Position numbers and translations under genes: made by a program
The notes under the pieces: generated by a model
What the model was told of the DNA's origin: nothing
The model's input: the letters and a program-made list of their open reading frames with translations, nothing else
Database searches by the model: none
Assembly: GCA_016873805.1 (NCBI GenBank)
Contig: VGVZ01000008.1
Location: 2,592 to 66,591 of the forward strand
DNA length: 64,000 nt
Origin: Ignavibacteria bacterium
Lineage (GTDB): Bacteria; Bacteroidota; Ignavibacteria; UBA10030
Direction of reading: 5' to 3'
Part shown: positions 37,985 through 48,236 of the stretch, piece after piece
Numbering within the stretch: the first letter of the stretch is position 1
Layout of the letters: each line of letters begins with the position of its first letter

Positions 37985-40900
37985 ATGAGAAAACTGGTTC
38001 TTCCATTCCTGTTTGTCGTCGCCTTTGGGGCAGGCTTCACTCGCCTCGAGTTCAGGGCCGAACGCGAACGTGCGGCAAAGATCCATCCTGAATCGCCGAT
38101 GGGTCTCTGGCAAGATGAGCTGGAGGCGAAGATCAGGCGCAAGGCAGAAGGGATGAAAAGGCCCGACGAGCCCGATCAGTTCCTGAGATTCCACCACGAG
38201 ATCAGGACGCCGGAGGGTCAATCGGAGCCCGGCTATCCGGCAAACTACCGAATGATCGAACTGGAAAAAGCTATCCAGAGTCAGGCCGGACTTGGGAAAC
38301 GTCAGGCCGCCGTGCTTCCGTGGGTGGAACGAGGACCCGGAAATGTCGGCGGACGTACACGCGGACTCATTCTCGATCCCATCGATCCGACGTACAACAC
38401 GTGGTTTGCGGGCTCCGTCGGCGGCGGGATCTGGAAGACAACCAACGCCGGTTCGAACTGGATCAATCTGACGCCGAATCTACCCAATCTCTCAACCTCT
38501 GCGCTTGCGATGGCGGAGTCAAATCGAAACATCATCTATGCCGGCACCGGCGAAGGATTCGGGAATATCGATGCGATCCGCGGTGATGGAATCTGGAAAT
38601 CTACCGACCGGGGAAACTCCTGGACACAGCTCGGTTCAACCGCCTCAAACACCGATTTTTCATACATCAACCGGATCATCGTTTCACCATCAGATCCGAA
38701 TGTCGTTGTTGTGGGGACGAACACGGGAATTTTCCGCTCCACGGACGGCGGCTCCAACTGGACCAAAGTCTATGATGGGGGACGCATCCAGCATGTTCTG
38801 CATCCCTCCGGAAATTTTTCGATTCAGTACGCTGCGCACAACACGATCGGTGTCCTCAAATCCACGAACGCCGGAGAGAGTTGGAGCGTACTTCCCTCCT
38901 CATTTCAAGGAGCGCGGCGTATCGAACTGGCGATTGCACCAAGCGACGCCAATCGGATTCTTGCATCCGTCGAGACTGCGACGAATGCCGAGCTGTACAT
39001 GTCGGATAACGGTGGCTCCACATGGAATCTGACGCGACAATCGAGCGGCACAACCGTCAATTGGCTCGGCTCTCAGGGGTGGTATGATAACACAGTCGCG
39101 GTCCATCCGTTCAACAAGGATATTGTCTACGTCGGTGGGATTGATGTTCACATGATTCAGGTTCAGGGGGGCGGTTCGTCGCAGACCGGAATCTTGGGTG
39201 TTGATCTTGTCAATACCTCGTCGTTCCTCGGTTTTGTGAACTGGGGAGGACCGTACGCCGGAGGCGGAATCGGTGTGGGCAAACAGTTTCTCGGCGCCAC
39301 GAACATCGATACGACGGATTACACGTCGGTCGAAATCCGGTTCGGACCGGGTCGTTCACAAATGGCTCATCGATTCATACGAATCGGGGGAGGAACATAC
39401 GTCTACCAGAACTACGTGCAGGTCCCCTTCGAGGTGTGGGATGTCACGAATAACCGACAGTTGATGGCGAGCTTTCGAGATTGGTTTGAAGATGGCGCAT
39501 TTGATCTAATCCACTATGACGGGACAAATCCTCAACGCGAGTACATCTTTGTCCATGCCGTGCCGTACTCTTCAACCACGCCGAGTTCGTTGATCAGTAT
39601 TTCGGACGGGCACAGACACAAGAATACGTATGCGGCTTGGCCGATCCTTGCGTCAGGCGCAACGTGGAATCCGACGGCACTTCCCGTTTCCTCTATTCTC
39701 ATCAGATTTGGGAGCCAGACCCTTGTCACGCGGTCCATCAGCAAGATGACTAATTGGTATCCAGGGCTCTCGCGTCCCGGCGGGGGAACGTATCCATATG
39801 TCCATGCCGATCATCACAATCTCCTTCTTGTCCCCACAAACTCCGCGACCCAATCGTTTCGCATGATCAACGCGAACGATGGGGGGGTGGAATACTCCGA
39901 CGATGGGGGTACGGTCTGGCGCAAAACACTGAACGGATTCAATACGACCCAATTCTACGGGGCCGACCGGAAGCCCGGATCTCAGGAATACATCGGCGGG
40001 ATGCAGGATAACGGGACGTACCGCTCTCCGGCAAGCCCGAATTCGCTGTCACAATGGACCGACCAGATTGGAGGCGACGGCTTCGATGTCATCTGGCACG
40101 CAAAGAATCCGAATCTGCTCATCGCGGGCTCTCAATACAATAACTTCCGACGCTCAACGAATGCCGGGACAACGTGGCAGAATGCGACATCGGGCCTTCT
40201 CGATGTCGGATCGGGAAGAGGCGTCTTCATCAACCGGCTCGCAAAATCGACGCTCGATCCTGATCTCGTGTTTGCCGTCGGCAGTATGGGTATCTGGCGC
40301 TCCGACGATTTTGCCGAGAGCTGGACAAGCATCCCGGTCAGTACGGGGTGGGGATTCTCAAGCTCTCGCGGTCAGGCGGCGATATCGGCCGCAGACCCGC
40401 AGGTCGTGTGGGCCGGCGTTCGCATAAGCTCCACCGGTTCGCTTCACGTCTCGACAAACTCCGGGCACTCGTTTGCACCGGTCACAAACTACACGGGCGC
40501 AACGCTGGGCGTTCTGAGCGGACTTGCCACACATCCTGCCGACCGGCAGACCGCGTATGCGCTGTTCTCGATTGCAAGAGCGCCGAAGATTCTTCGTACG
40601 ACAAACCTCGGTCAGAGCTGGACAGATATCTCTGGCTTCGGTTCAGGCGCTGTCAGTACAAACGGATTTCCCGATGTTGGGACGTACTGCCTCCTCGTGA
40701 TGCCGCACAAACCGTCTGAAATTTGGGTCGGAACGGAAATCGGCCTGTTCATCTCAACCGATAATGGCGCAACCTGGTCGTACGCGAATAATGGGATTCC
40801 AGCAGTCTCGATCTGGTCGCTCGGCATCGTGGATGATGAGGTCATTGCGGCGACACATGGTCGCGGAATATGGAGCGTCCGGATTCCGGAGCTCCTGACA

Positions 40901-42013
40901 GCACCGAAGCCCGTTGTCACGCTCTCACCGCGTCTTCTGGCGATGGCGCAAGGGGGTCTGGGAGCGCTGAACATCTATGTCGGATTGAAATCGGCGTACG
41001 ACTCGACGCGCGTCATCCTCAACGGAAGCGTCTTCACGACGTTGAAAGCCAACCCCGTGGCTGTCGATACGATTGTGGTATATCCTGTGACGGGTGCCGC
41101 AACGCACACGGTACAAATCGTCGCGTACAAGGGGGGAAGTGAATTCCGCTCCGGAGTGAAGACGGCATCCGTCGTTCAGATCAAGGCACCGGTAACCGCC
41201 TATGTCGATTCGATGAATGTTCCTACCACAAACTATACGGCAACGGGATTCGCGAGACAACTGGTCCCGGGTTTCTCGACGGAGGCCTATCATACGCCGC
41301 ATCCCTATGCGAACAACCAGAATTACATCCTCCAGCTCAATGTTCCGATCATCGTGCATGCGACGAACAGCAATGTTGTCTTTGACGAGGTCGCTCTCGT
41401 TGAGCCGGGCGATCCCGGATCGCGATTTGGAGAGGAAGAGTTTTGGGACTACTGTGTCGTCGAAGGAACGAAAGACGGGATCACGTGGAAACCTCTGGCC
41501 GATGGCTATGATGCGGATGCACACCCGGCGTGGCGATCAGCTTATGATCAATTGCTTACCGGGGCGGCTTCTTTGTTTCGTCCCCGCGTGATCAATCTGA
41601 GGAACACATTTTCCGCAGGGGATCATGTGTTGATACGCTTCCGGATGTTCACGGATGCCGCCGTGACAGGGTGGGGATGGGTGATTGATAACCTGAGAAT
41701 ACAGGAGGGAAATCCGCCCCTTTCCGTTCATGATCGGAATGAAATCCCGCGAGAATTCACTGTCGCGCAGAACTACCCGAATCCCTTCAACGCATCGACC
41801 ATCCTCATCGTCGGATTACCTGCGCGCGAGCGATTGACGATTAGAGTCTATGACCGCATCGGTCGATTGGTGGCGACGCTTGCCGATCGAGAATTCGAAC
41901 CCGGCTATCATACCCTTGCCTGGAATGCTGGTTTCATCAGCTCCGGCGTATACTTCTATGAAGTTCGCGCCGGCCAGAACCGGGCAATCCGCAAAATGAC
42001 GCTCCTCCGGTAG
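37985..42013 (+). CDS. Large secreted BNR/Asp-box repeat protein (sortilin/VPS10-like beta-propeller) with a C-terminal T9SS sorting domain
   Basis: Signal peptide. At least ten S-x-D-x-G-x-T/S-W Asp-box repeats (e.g. GGIWKTTNAGSNW, IWKSTDRGNSW, FRSTDGGSNW, YMSDNGGSTW, YSDDGGTVW, RRSTNAGTTW, IWRSDDFAESW, LRTTNLGQSW, ISTDNGATW). The last roughly 80 aa (FTVAQNYPNPFNASTI...VYFYEV...KMTLLR) is a typical type IX secretion (Por_Secre_tail) C-terminal domain. Confidence 0.82.
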   Translation: MRKLVLPFLFVVAFGAGFTRLEFRAERERAAKIHPESPMGLWQDELEAKIRRKAEGMKRPDEPDQFLRFHHEIRTPEGQSEPGYPANYRMIELEKAIQSQAGLGKRQAAVLPWVERGPGNVGGRTRGLILDPIDPTYNTWFAGSVGGGIWKTTNAGSNWINLTPNLPNLSTSALAMAESNRNIIYAGTGEGFGNIDAIRGDGIWKSTDRGNSWTQLGSTASNTDFSYINRIIVSPSDPNVVVVGTNTGIFRSTDGGSNWTKVYDGGRIQHVLHPSGNFSIQYAAHNTIGVLKSTNAGESWSVLPSSFQGARRIELAIAPSDANRILASVETATNAELYMSDNGGSTWNLTRQSSGTTVNWLGSQGWYDNTVAVHPFNKDIVYVGGIDVHMIQVQGGGSSQTGILGVDLVNTSSFLGFVNWGGPYAGGGIGVGKQFLGATNIDTTDYTSVEIRFGPGRSQMAHRFIRIGGGTYVYQNYVQVPFEVWDVTNNRQLMASFRDWFEDGAFDLIHYDGTNPQREYIFVHAVPYSSTTPSSLISISDGHRHKNTYAAWPILASGATWNPTALPVSSILIRFGSQTLVTRSISKMTNWYPGLSRPGGGTYPYVHADHHNLLLVPTNSATQSFRMINANDGGVEYSDDGGTVWRKTLNGFNTTQFYGADRKPGSQEYIGGMQDNGTYRSPASPNSLSQWTDQIGGDGFDVIWHAKNPNLLIAGSQYNNFRRSTNAGTTWQNATSGLLDVGSGRGVFINRLAKSTLDPDLVFAVGSMGIWRSDDFAESWTSIPVSTGWGFSSSRGQAAISAADPQVVWAGVRISSTGSLHVSTNSGHSFAPVTNYTGATLGVLSGLATHPADRQTAYALFSIARAPKILRTTNLGQSWTDISGFGSGAVSTNGFPDVGTYCLLVMPHKPSEIWVGTEIGLFISTDNGATWSYANNGIPAVSIWSLGIVDDEVIAATHGRGIWSVRIPELLTAPKPVVTLSPRLLAMAQGGLGALNIYVGLKSAYDSTRVILNGSVFTTLKANPVAVDTIVVYPVTGAATHTVQIVAYKGGSEFRSGVKTASVVQIKAPVTAYVDSMNVPTTNYTATGFARQLVPGFSTEAYHTPHPYANNQNYILQLNVPIIVHATNSNVVFDEVALVEPGDPGSRFGEEEFWDYCVVEGTKDGITWKPLADGYDADAHPAWRSAYDQLLTGAASLFRPRVINLRNTFSAGDHVLIRFRMFTDAAVTGWGWVIDNLRIQEGNPPLSVHDRNEIPREFTVAQNYPNPFNASTILIVGLPARERLTIRVYDRIGRLVATLADREFEPGYHTLAWNAGFISSGVYFYEVRAGQNRAIRKMTLLR

Positions 42014-42029
42014 CATCGTCCATTCTTGC

Positions 42030-42061
42030 AGCTGACCGCCGCCGAACGGTGACGGTCAGCT
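42030..42061 (+). terminator. Hairpin (AGCTGACCG ... CGGTCAGCT) just downstream of the T9SS cargo gene. Possible intrinsic terminator without a U-tract.
   Basis: Seen directly. The 9-bp stem arms are exact reverse complements. No downstream T-run. Confidence 0.35.
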
Positions 42062-42095
42062 CTCCCCCTCAGATGCGCCCCTTCCGGTTCAGGAC

Positions 42096-42124
42096 TTGAC
42101 ACGTGGCCTAAGATTCATTATCTT
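42096..42124 (+). promoter_or_regulatory. Sigma-70-type promoter of the groES-groEL operon (TTGACA-N17-TATCTT)
   Basis: Seen directly. TTGACA at 42096-42101, a 17-nt spacer, and TATCTT at 42119-42124. It immediately precedes the CIRCE operator. Confidence 0.6.
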
Positions 42125-42125
42125 G

Positions 42126-42152
42126 TTAGCACTCTTATCCATGGAGTGCTAA
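42126..42152 (+). promoter_or_regulatory. CIRCE element (HrcA operator) TTAGCACTC-N9-GAGTGCTAA
   Basis: Seen directly. It is a perfect match to the CIRCE consensus inverted repeat with a 9-nt spacer (ttatccatg), located about 50 nt upstream of groES. Confidence 0.9.
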
Positions 42153-42200
42153 TCCTTTCCAACTCATTGAAACAACAAAACTTACAGATGGAGGATATGT

Positions 42201-42497
42201 ATGGCATCGCTGAAACCACTGGCTGACAGAGTAGTTATCAAACCATCTGTCGCTGAAGAGAAGACGAAAGGGGGCATCATCGTCCCTGATACCGCAAAAG
42301 AAAAGCCGGTCTGGGGTGAAGTGATTTCAGTCGGCCCCGGTCGCGTGAGCGACGACGGGAAGACCATCCCGATGCAGGTCAAAGCCGGTGACAAAGTGCT
42401 GTATGGCAAGTACTCGGGCACGGAGATCACCATCGAAGGCGAAGAGTACCTCATCATGCGTGAAAGCGACATCTTCGCGTTGATGTCATCCAAGTAA
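42201..42497 (+). CDS. groES: Co-chaperonin GroES
   Basis: [12 protein letters not shown]...[25 protein letters not shown]. 98 aa. Confidence 0.95.
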   Translation: MASLKPLADRVVIKPSVAEEKTKGGIIVPDTAKEKPVWGEVISVGPGRVSDDGKTIPMQVKAGDKVLYGKYSGTEITIEGEEYLIMRESDIFALMSSK

Positions 42498-42505
42498 GAA
42501 CTTGA

Positions 42506-44179
<1,674 letters not shown>

Positions 44180-44203
44180 CAGGTGTCCGAAACCGATTCT
44201 GAT

Positions 44204-44233
44204 GTGACGTCGGGGGTTCCCTCCCGACGTCAC
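44204..44233 (+). terminator. Strong stem-loop after groEL (GTGACGTCGGG...CCCGACGTCAC). Probable terminator.
   Basis: Seen directly. 10-11 bp GC-rich stem, 25 nt after the groEL stop. Confidence 0.5.
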
Positions 44234-44314
44234 TCAGCGGATTCCCGCTGGAGCTCTTTAGCAGCAGCCTGCGTGGCCTTGAACTCAAAGCACCCCCGAA
44301 TCTGCTAGCGCAAT

Positions 44315-44355
44315 AGCCCCTTCGGCAAATAGTCGGAGGGGCTTTGCTTTTTCTT
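44315..44355 (+). terminator. Stem (AGCCCCT...AGGGGCT) followed by a T-rich tract (TTGCTTTTTCTT). Rho-independent terminator-like.
   Basis: Seen directly. 7-bp stem with a 15-nt loop and a downstream U-run. It lies between groEL and the DUF3276 gene. Confidence 0.4.
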
Positions 44356-44490
44356 GACACTTCTTGGGAAATTCTGTAGCTTGACGCACCGACATGCAAG
44401 AGGGGAATCTCCGCCGGTATCCCCAGCCGGATGGATGCTTGCGTCGGATCACTTCCTAATCTTCCACTTCAATGAAAGGGGGGCCGCACG

Positions 44491-44709
44491 ATGCCCGACC
44501 AATTCACCAAGATGGTGAAAGCAGGTAAAATCACCTATTTCTTCGACGTGAAGGAGGCGAAGAACAAATCGAAGTATCTTTCGATTACGGCAAGCCAGCC
44601 TTCCACGTCGGGCGACAAGAAGTTCACGAAGCGAAGTATCTTCGTGTTCAACGAAGCGGCTGAGGATTTTCACAGCGCCGTCGGTGAAGCCGTGGCGAAA
44701 CTCAAATAG
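44491..44709 (+). CDS. DUF3276 (bacterial PUR-alpha-like) family small protein
   Basis: KAGKITYFFDVKEAKNKSKYLSITASQPS...KRSIFVFNEAAEDFHSAVGEAV matches the DUF3276 pattern (K.G.RTYFFDVK......YL.ITES...) common in Bacteroidota. Confidence 0.6.
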   Translation: MPDQFTKMVKAGKITYFFDVKEAKNKSKYLSITASQPSTSGDKKFTKRSIFVFNEAAEDFHSAVGEAVAKLK

Positions 44710-44843
44710 CATCGACGGATGTCCGCCAGCGACGAAGCCCTCGGGACAATCCCGGGGGCTTTGGCTGTACGCCCCTTCCGACAAGACCGCGTATCTCTGC
44801 TTCCTTGCTTGTCCTTTCTTTATTGGCTAAATTTGTCGCAATT

Positions 44844-46745
44844 ATGCGCATCCCGGACGAGACCATCGAACAAATCCGCTCCTCTGCCGACATCGTTGAC
44901 GTCGTCTCGGCTCACGTCCGACTTAAGAAACGGGGCAAGAACTTCGTCGGCCTGTGCCCCTTCCACACCGAAAAGACCCCCTCGTTCACCGTCAGCCCCG
45001 ACAAACAGATGTACCACTGCTTCGGCTGTGCCAAAGGAGGTAACGTCTTCACGTTCATCATGGAGACGGAGAAGGTTTCCTTTGTGGAAGCGGTGCGGGC
45101 GCTTGGGGATCGCGTCGGCATTCCGATTGTCCTCGAGGAAAGCGGCGTTCCGGGCGAGGTCGACCGCCTCTATGAGGTCTGTCGGTTTGCGGGGAAGTGT
45201 TTCCATGAAAACTTGCTTCAAACGGAAGAAGGGCGATTCGCGCTCGAGTACTTTCGCGGCAGAGGATTCGACGACGAGACGATCCGCTCGTTTGGGTTGG
45301 GATATTCGATGAACAGCTGGGAGTCGCTCCTCACTCGTGCCCGGCAGGAGGGATTTTCGGAGGAAGAGCTTCTGAAGGCAGGCTTGGTTCGCCAGCGTGA
45401 GGATGGGAGTCACTATGACTATTTTCGCGGACGGGCGATGTTTCCAATCTTTTCGGTGGCGGGGCGAGTGATTGGATTTGGAGCACGAAAACTCCGGGAG
45501 GACGACGTAGCGGGGAAATATCTGAATTCACCCGAAACGCTCATTTACAACAAAAGCAGAATCCTTTACGGCCTCTTCAATGCGAAAGAGGCGATCCGTT
45601 CGGAACAGAAAGCCATCGTCGTTGAGGGGTACGCGGATCTTCTCTCCCTCCACCAGGCAGGATTCATTAACGTCGTTGCAAGCAGCGGCACGGCATTGAC
45701 CCGGGAGCAGGTCCAACTTGTGAAACGATATGCGAGAACGATTACTCTTGTTTTCGATCCCGATTCTGCCGGTGCAAGCGCGACGCTTCGGGGCGTCGAC
45801 GTCGCACTGGAAGAAGATCTCGACGTGGAAACCGTTCTGCTGCCCGACGGGAAGGACCCTGACCTGTTTGTCCAAACGGAGGGTGCGCAGGCATTTCAAT
45901 ATCTTCTGGATCATGCCGTCTCGTTTATCGACTACAAAGCCGATCAGCATCTCAAGAGCGGGAGTTTCACGACGCCCGAGGGAACGACGGAGGCGATTCG
46001 ATCCATCGTCCAATCGATCGCAAGAATTAAGGATGAATTGAAACGAAATATCTATCTCAAGCACGTCGCCGAGAAGTATGATCTCTATGAATCGGTACTG
46101 CACCGGGAGATGGAGAAATGGATTTCACCGCGCAAGACCCCGGCTCGTGCGGTTCCTCCCGCATCATCATCCGAAGAACAGCGAATGGAGATGCAGCCCG
46201 CAAAACCCTCCGCTCCGATCGGAACAGCCGAACGGGATCTCCTGGCGGTCCTTCTGACGGGAGATCCGGCGACCCTCGAGTATGTCTTCGCCAATATCAC
46301 GATGACGGATCTTGAGGACTCGAGGGTGAAAGAGCTGGTGCAGCGAGTGTTGGAAAGGGTTGAAAGCACGGGGCGATTCGATTTCCATCTCTTTCTCACG
46401 GAACTAGAGGACGAGTCTCTCCGCAACCTCGCCTCCGAAGTCATGCTCGCGAAGTACGAACTGAGCAAGGGTTGGCAGGAACTAGACGCCAGAATCCAAA
46501 AAGCGGAACCCTTGACTCTTGCGCGGGATGCCGTTTTCCGACTGAAGAAGAACATTATCGATCGGGAAATTGCCGCAAACCGAAAAGGCCTGCGGGAAGC
46601 GGAACAACAAGGAAAAGAAACTCGCTCGTTTACCCTCCGCCATGTCGAGCTTCTCGAGATCCTCAAAGAGCTTGAACGAATTTATCGTGGTGAGCCGATT
46701 CCCAAACCCGGCCAAACCGTTGAGAAGCATGACGAGCAGCAATGA
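44844..46745 (+). CDS. dnaG: DNA primase
   Basis: Zinc-binding CHC2 domain (GLCPFHTEKTPSFTV...YHCFGCAKGGNVFTF) and TOPRIM domain (IVVEGYADLLSL). The start is set at the ATG at 44844 (MRIPDETIEQI) rather than the ORF-track start 44805. Confidence 0.9.
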   Translation: MRIPDETIEQIRSSADIVDVVSAHVRLKKRGKNFVGLCPFHTEKTPSFTVSPDKQMYHCFGCAKGGNVFTFIMETEKVSFVEAVRALGDRVGIPIVLEESGVPGEVDRLYEVCRFAGKCFHENLLQTEEGRFALEYFRGRGFDDETIRSFGLGYSMNSWESLLTRARQEGFSEEELLKAGLVRQREDGSHYDYFRGRAMFPIFSVAGRVIGFGARKLREDDVAGKYLNSPETLIYNKSRILYGLFNAKEAIRSEQKAIVVEGYADLLSLHQAGFINVVASSGTALTREQVQLVKRYARTITLVFDPDSAGASATLRGVDVALEEDLDVETVLLPDGKDPDLFVQTEGAQAFQYLLDHAVSFIDYKADQHLKSGSFTTPEGTTEAIRSIVQSIARIKDELKRNIYLKHVAEKYDLYESVLHREMEKWISPRKTPARAVPPASSSEEQRMEMQPAKPSAPIGTAERDLLAVLLTGDPATLEYVFANITMTDLEDSRVKELVQRVLERVESTGRFDFHLFLTELEDESLRNLASEVMLAKYELSKGWQELDARIQKAEPLTLARDAVFRLKKNIIDREIAANRKGLREAEQQGKETRSFTLRHVELLEILKELERIYRGEPIPKPGQTVEKHDEQQ

Positions 46746-46772
46746 TTCTGTCGATCACGAATTGAGGAAGCG

Positions 46773-47021
46773 GTGCCAACTCCGAATCAGCTGATGATTT
46801 ATATTGTCCCGGGGAAGTGCGATTTCTGCGGCTGCTGTGTCGGCGTCTGCCCCGAAGATGCCATCGAATTGATGGAGTCGAAGATTTCCATCATCGAAGA
46901 ACGCTGCACCAACTGCAAAAAGTGTGTTTGGGCGTGTCCATGGGAGGTCATCGAATTTCATCGCGATGGAGTCGCCCATCTCCCCAAAGAACTAAGCTCT
47001 CTACCGAATGTGCGCGCATGA
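46773..47021 (+). CDS. 2x[4Fe-4S] ferredoxin
   Basis: Two C-x2-C-x2-C-x3-CP motifs (CDFCGCCVGVCP and CTNCKKCVWACP) in 82 aa. The stop overlaps the start of the downstream geranylgeranyl reductase gene (ATGA at 47018-47021). Confidence 0.7.
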   Translation: MPTPNQLMIYIVPGKCDFCGCCVGVCPEDAIELMESKISIIEERCTNCKKCVWACPWEVIEFHRDGVAHLPKELSSLPNVRA

Positions 47022-48184
47022 AACCCAAATATGATGTGATCGTTGTCGGAGCCGGACCCGCGGGATCAACGGCGGCTCGCTCTGTTGCCTCGGGGGGAGC
47101 ATCTGTTCTGGTGCTGGAAAAAGACCGCGATGTCGGGTACCCCGTTCGATGTGGAGAAGCTGTCAGTCACGAAGGAGTCGTCCAATTCATCGATCCCGAT
47201 CCGCGTTGGATTGCCTCGACCGTCACACGATTCAAACTGGTTGCCCCGAACGGGAAGGAGGTCGTTCCGCGACTCGATGGAACGGGCTACGTTCTCGAGC
47301 GACGGATGTTCGACTACGAGCTCGCCAAGTTGGCTGCTCGCGCCGGGGCCGACATCATTACAAAAGCCTACGTCTACGATCTGCTGAGGAATGGAAATGA
47401 GGTCGTCGGCGTCAGGACGCTCATCGATGATAGGAAGATTGACATCTCCGGAGCGATCATCGTGGCTGCCGATGGCGTCGAGAGTCGCGTGGGAAAATGG
47501 ATCGGCATCGACACGACGTGTCACATCCGGGACATGGAAAGTTGTGCGCAGATGACGATCTCGGGCATCGAAATTGACGAAGATATTCTGGAGTTCTATT
47601 TCGGAGACGATGTGGCACCGGGGGGATATCTCTGGGTCTTCCCCAAGGGGAGAGAAAGTGCGAATGTCGGCATCGGAATCAATGTGCAGAGTGCGAAGAA
47701 CCGATCGGCGATTCGATTCCTCACCGACTTTGTCGAGAAGAAGTATCCGAAGGCCGCGGTTCTGACACGGATTGCCGGAGGTGTGCCGTGTGCCAGAACG
47801 TGCGACACGATCGTCAAAGAGAATGTGATGCTTGTGGGTGATGCCGCACGCCAGGTGAATCCGCTCTCGGGGGGAGGTATTATCAGCGGCATGATCGGCG
47901 GGATGATCGCCGGCGAAGTTGCCGTCGAGGCGCTACAGAAGAAGGATCTTTCGCATCTGAATGAATATGAGCGTCGCTGGCATCGACGACTTGGCTGGCG
48001 TCATGAAGTGTTCTATCGCATCAAGGAAGCAATCGGGGAGTTTTCGGACGAAACGTTGAACAAGATTGCCGACAGCGCGTTGAAACTCCCGCAAAACAAA
48101 CAGACTCTGGGAGGGATTTTTCGCACGGCGCTCTGGAATCAGCCCTCACTTCTCATCGATGTCGCCAAAGTGTTCATTTCTTGA
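47018..48184 (+). CDS. Geranylgeranyl reductase family FAD-dependent oxidoreductase
   Basis: YDVIVVGAGPAGSTAARS dinucleotide-binding motif, the RCGEAVS and GDAAR...P.SG.GI motifs typical of the GGR/ChlP family, and about 390 aa length. The start is the ATG at 47018 within the longer ORF-track frame. Confidence 0.78.
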   Translation: MKPKYDVIVVGAGPAGSTAARSVASGGASVLVLEKDRDVGYPVRCGEAVSHEGVVQFIDPDPRWIASTVTRFKLVAPNGKEVVPRLDGTGYVLERRMFDYELAKLAARAGADIITKAYVYDLLRNGNEVVGVRTLIDDRKIDISGAIIVAADGVESRVGKWIGIDTTCHIRDMESCAQMTISGIEIDEDILEFYFGDDVAPGGYLWVFPKGRESANVGIGINVQSAKNRSAIRFLTDFVEKKYPKAAVLTRIAGGVPCARTCDTIVKENVMLVGDAARQVNPLSGGGIISGMIGGMIAGEVAVEALQKKDLSHLNEYERRWHRRLGWRHEVFYRIKEAIGEFSDETLNKIADSALKLPQNKQTLGGIFRTALWNQPSLLIDVAKVFIS

Positions 48185-48236
48185 TCTTCACACCCCGTGA
48201 GACTATATTGGCTGGAACAACCGACGGTCGCCGTTT

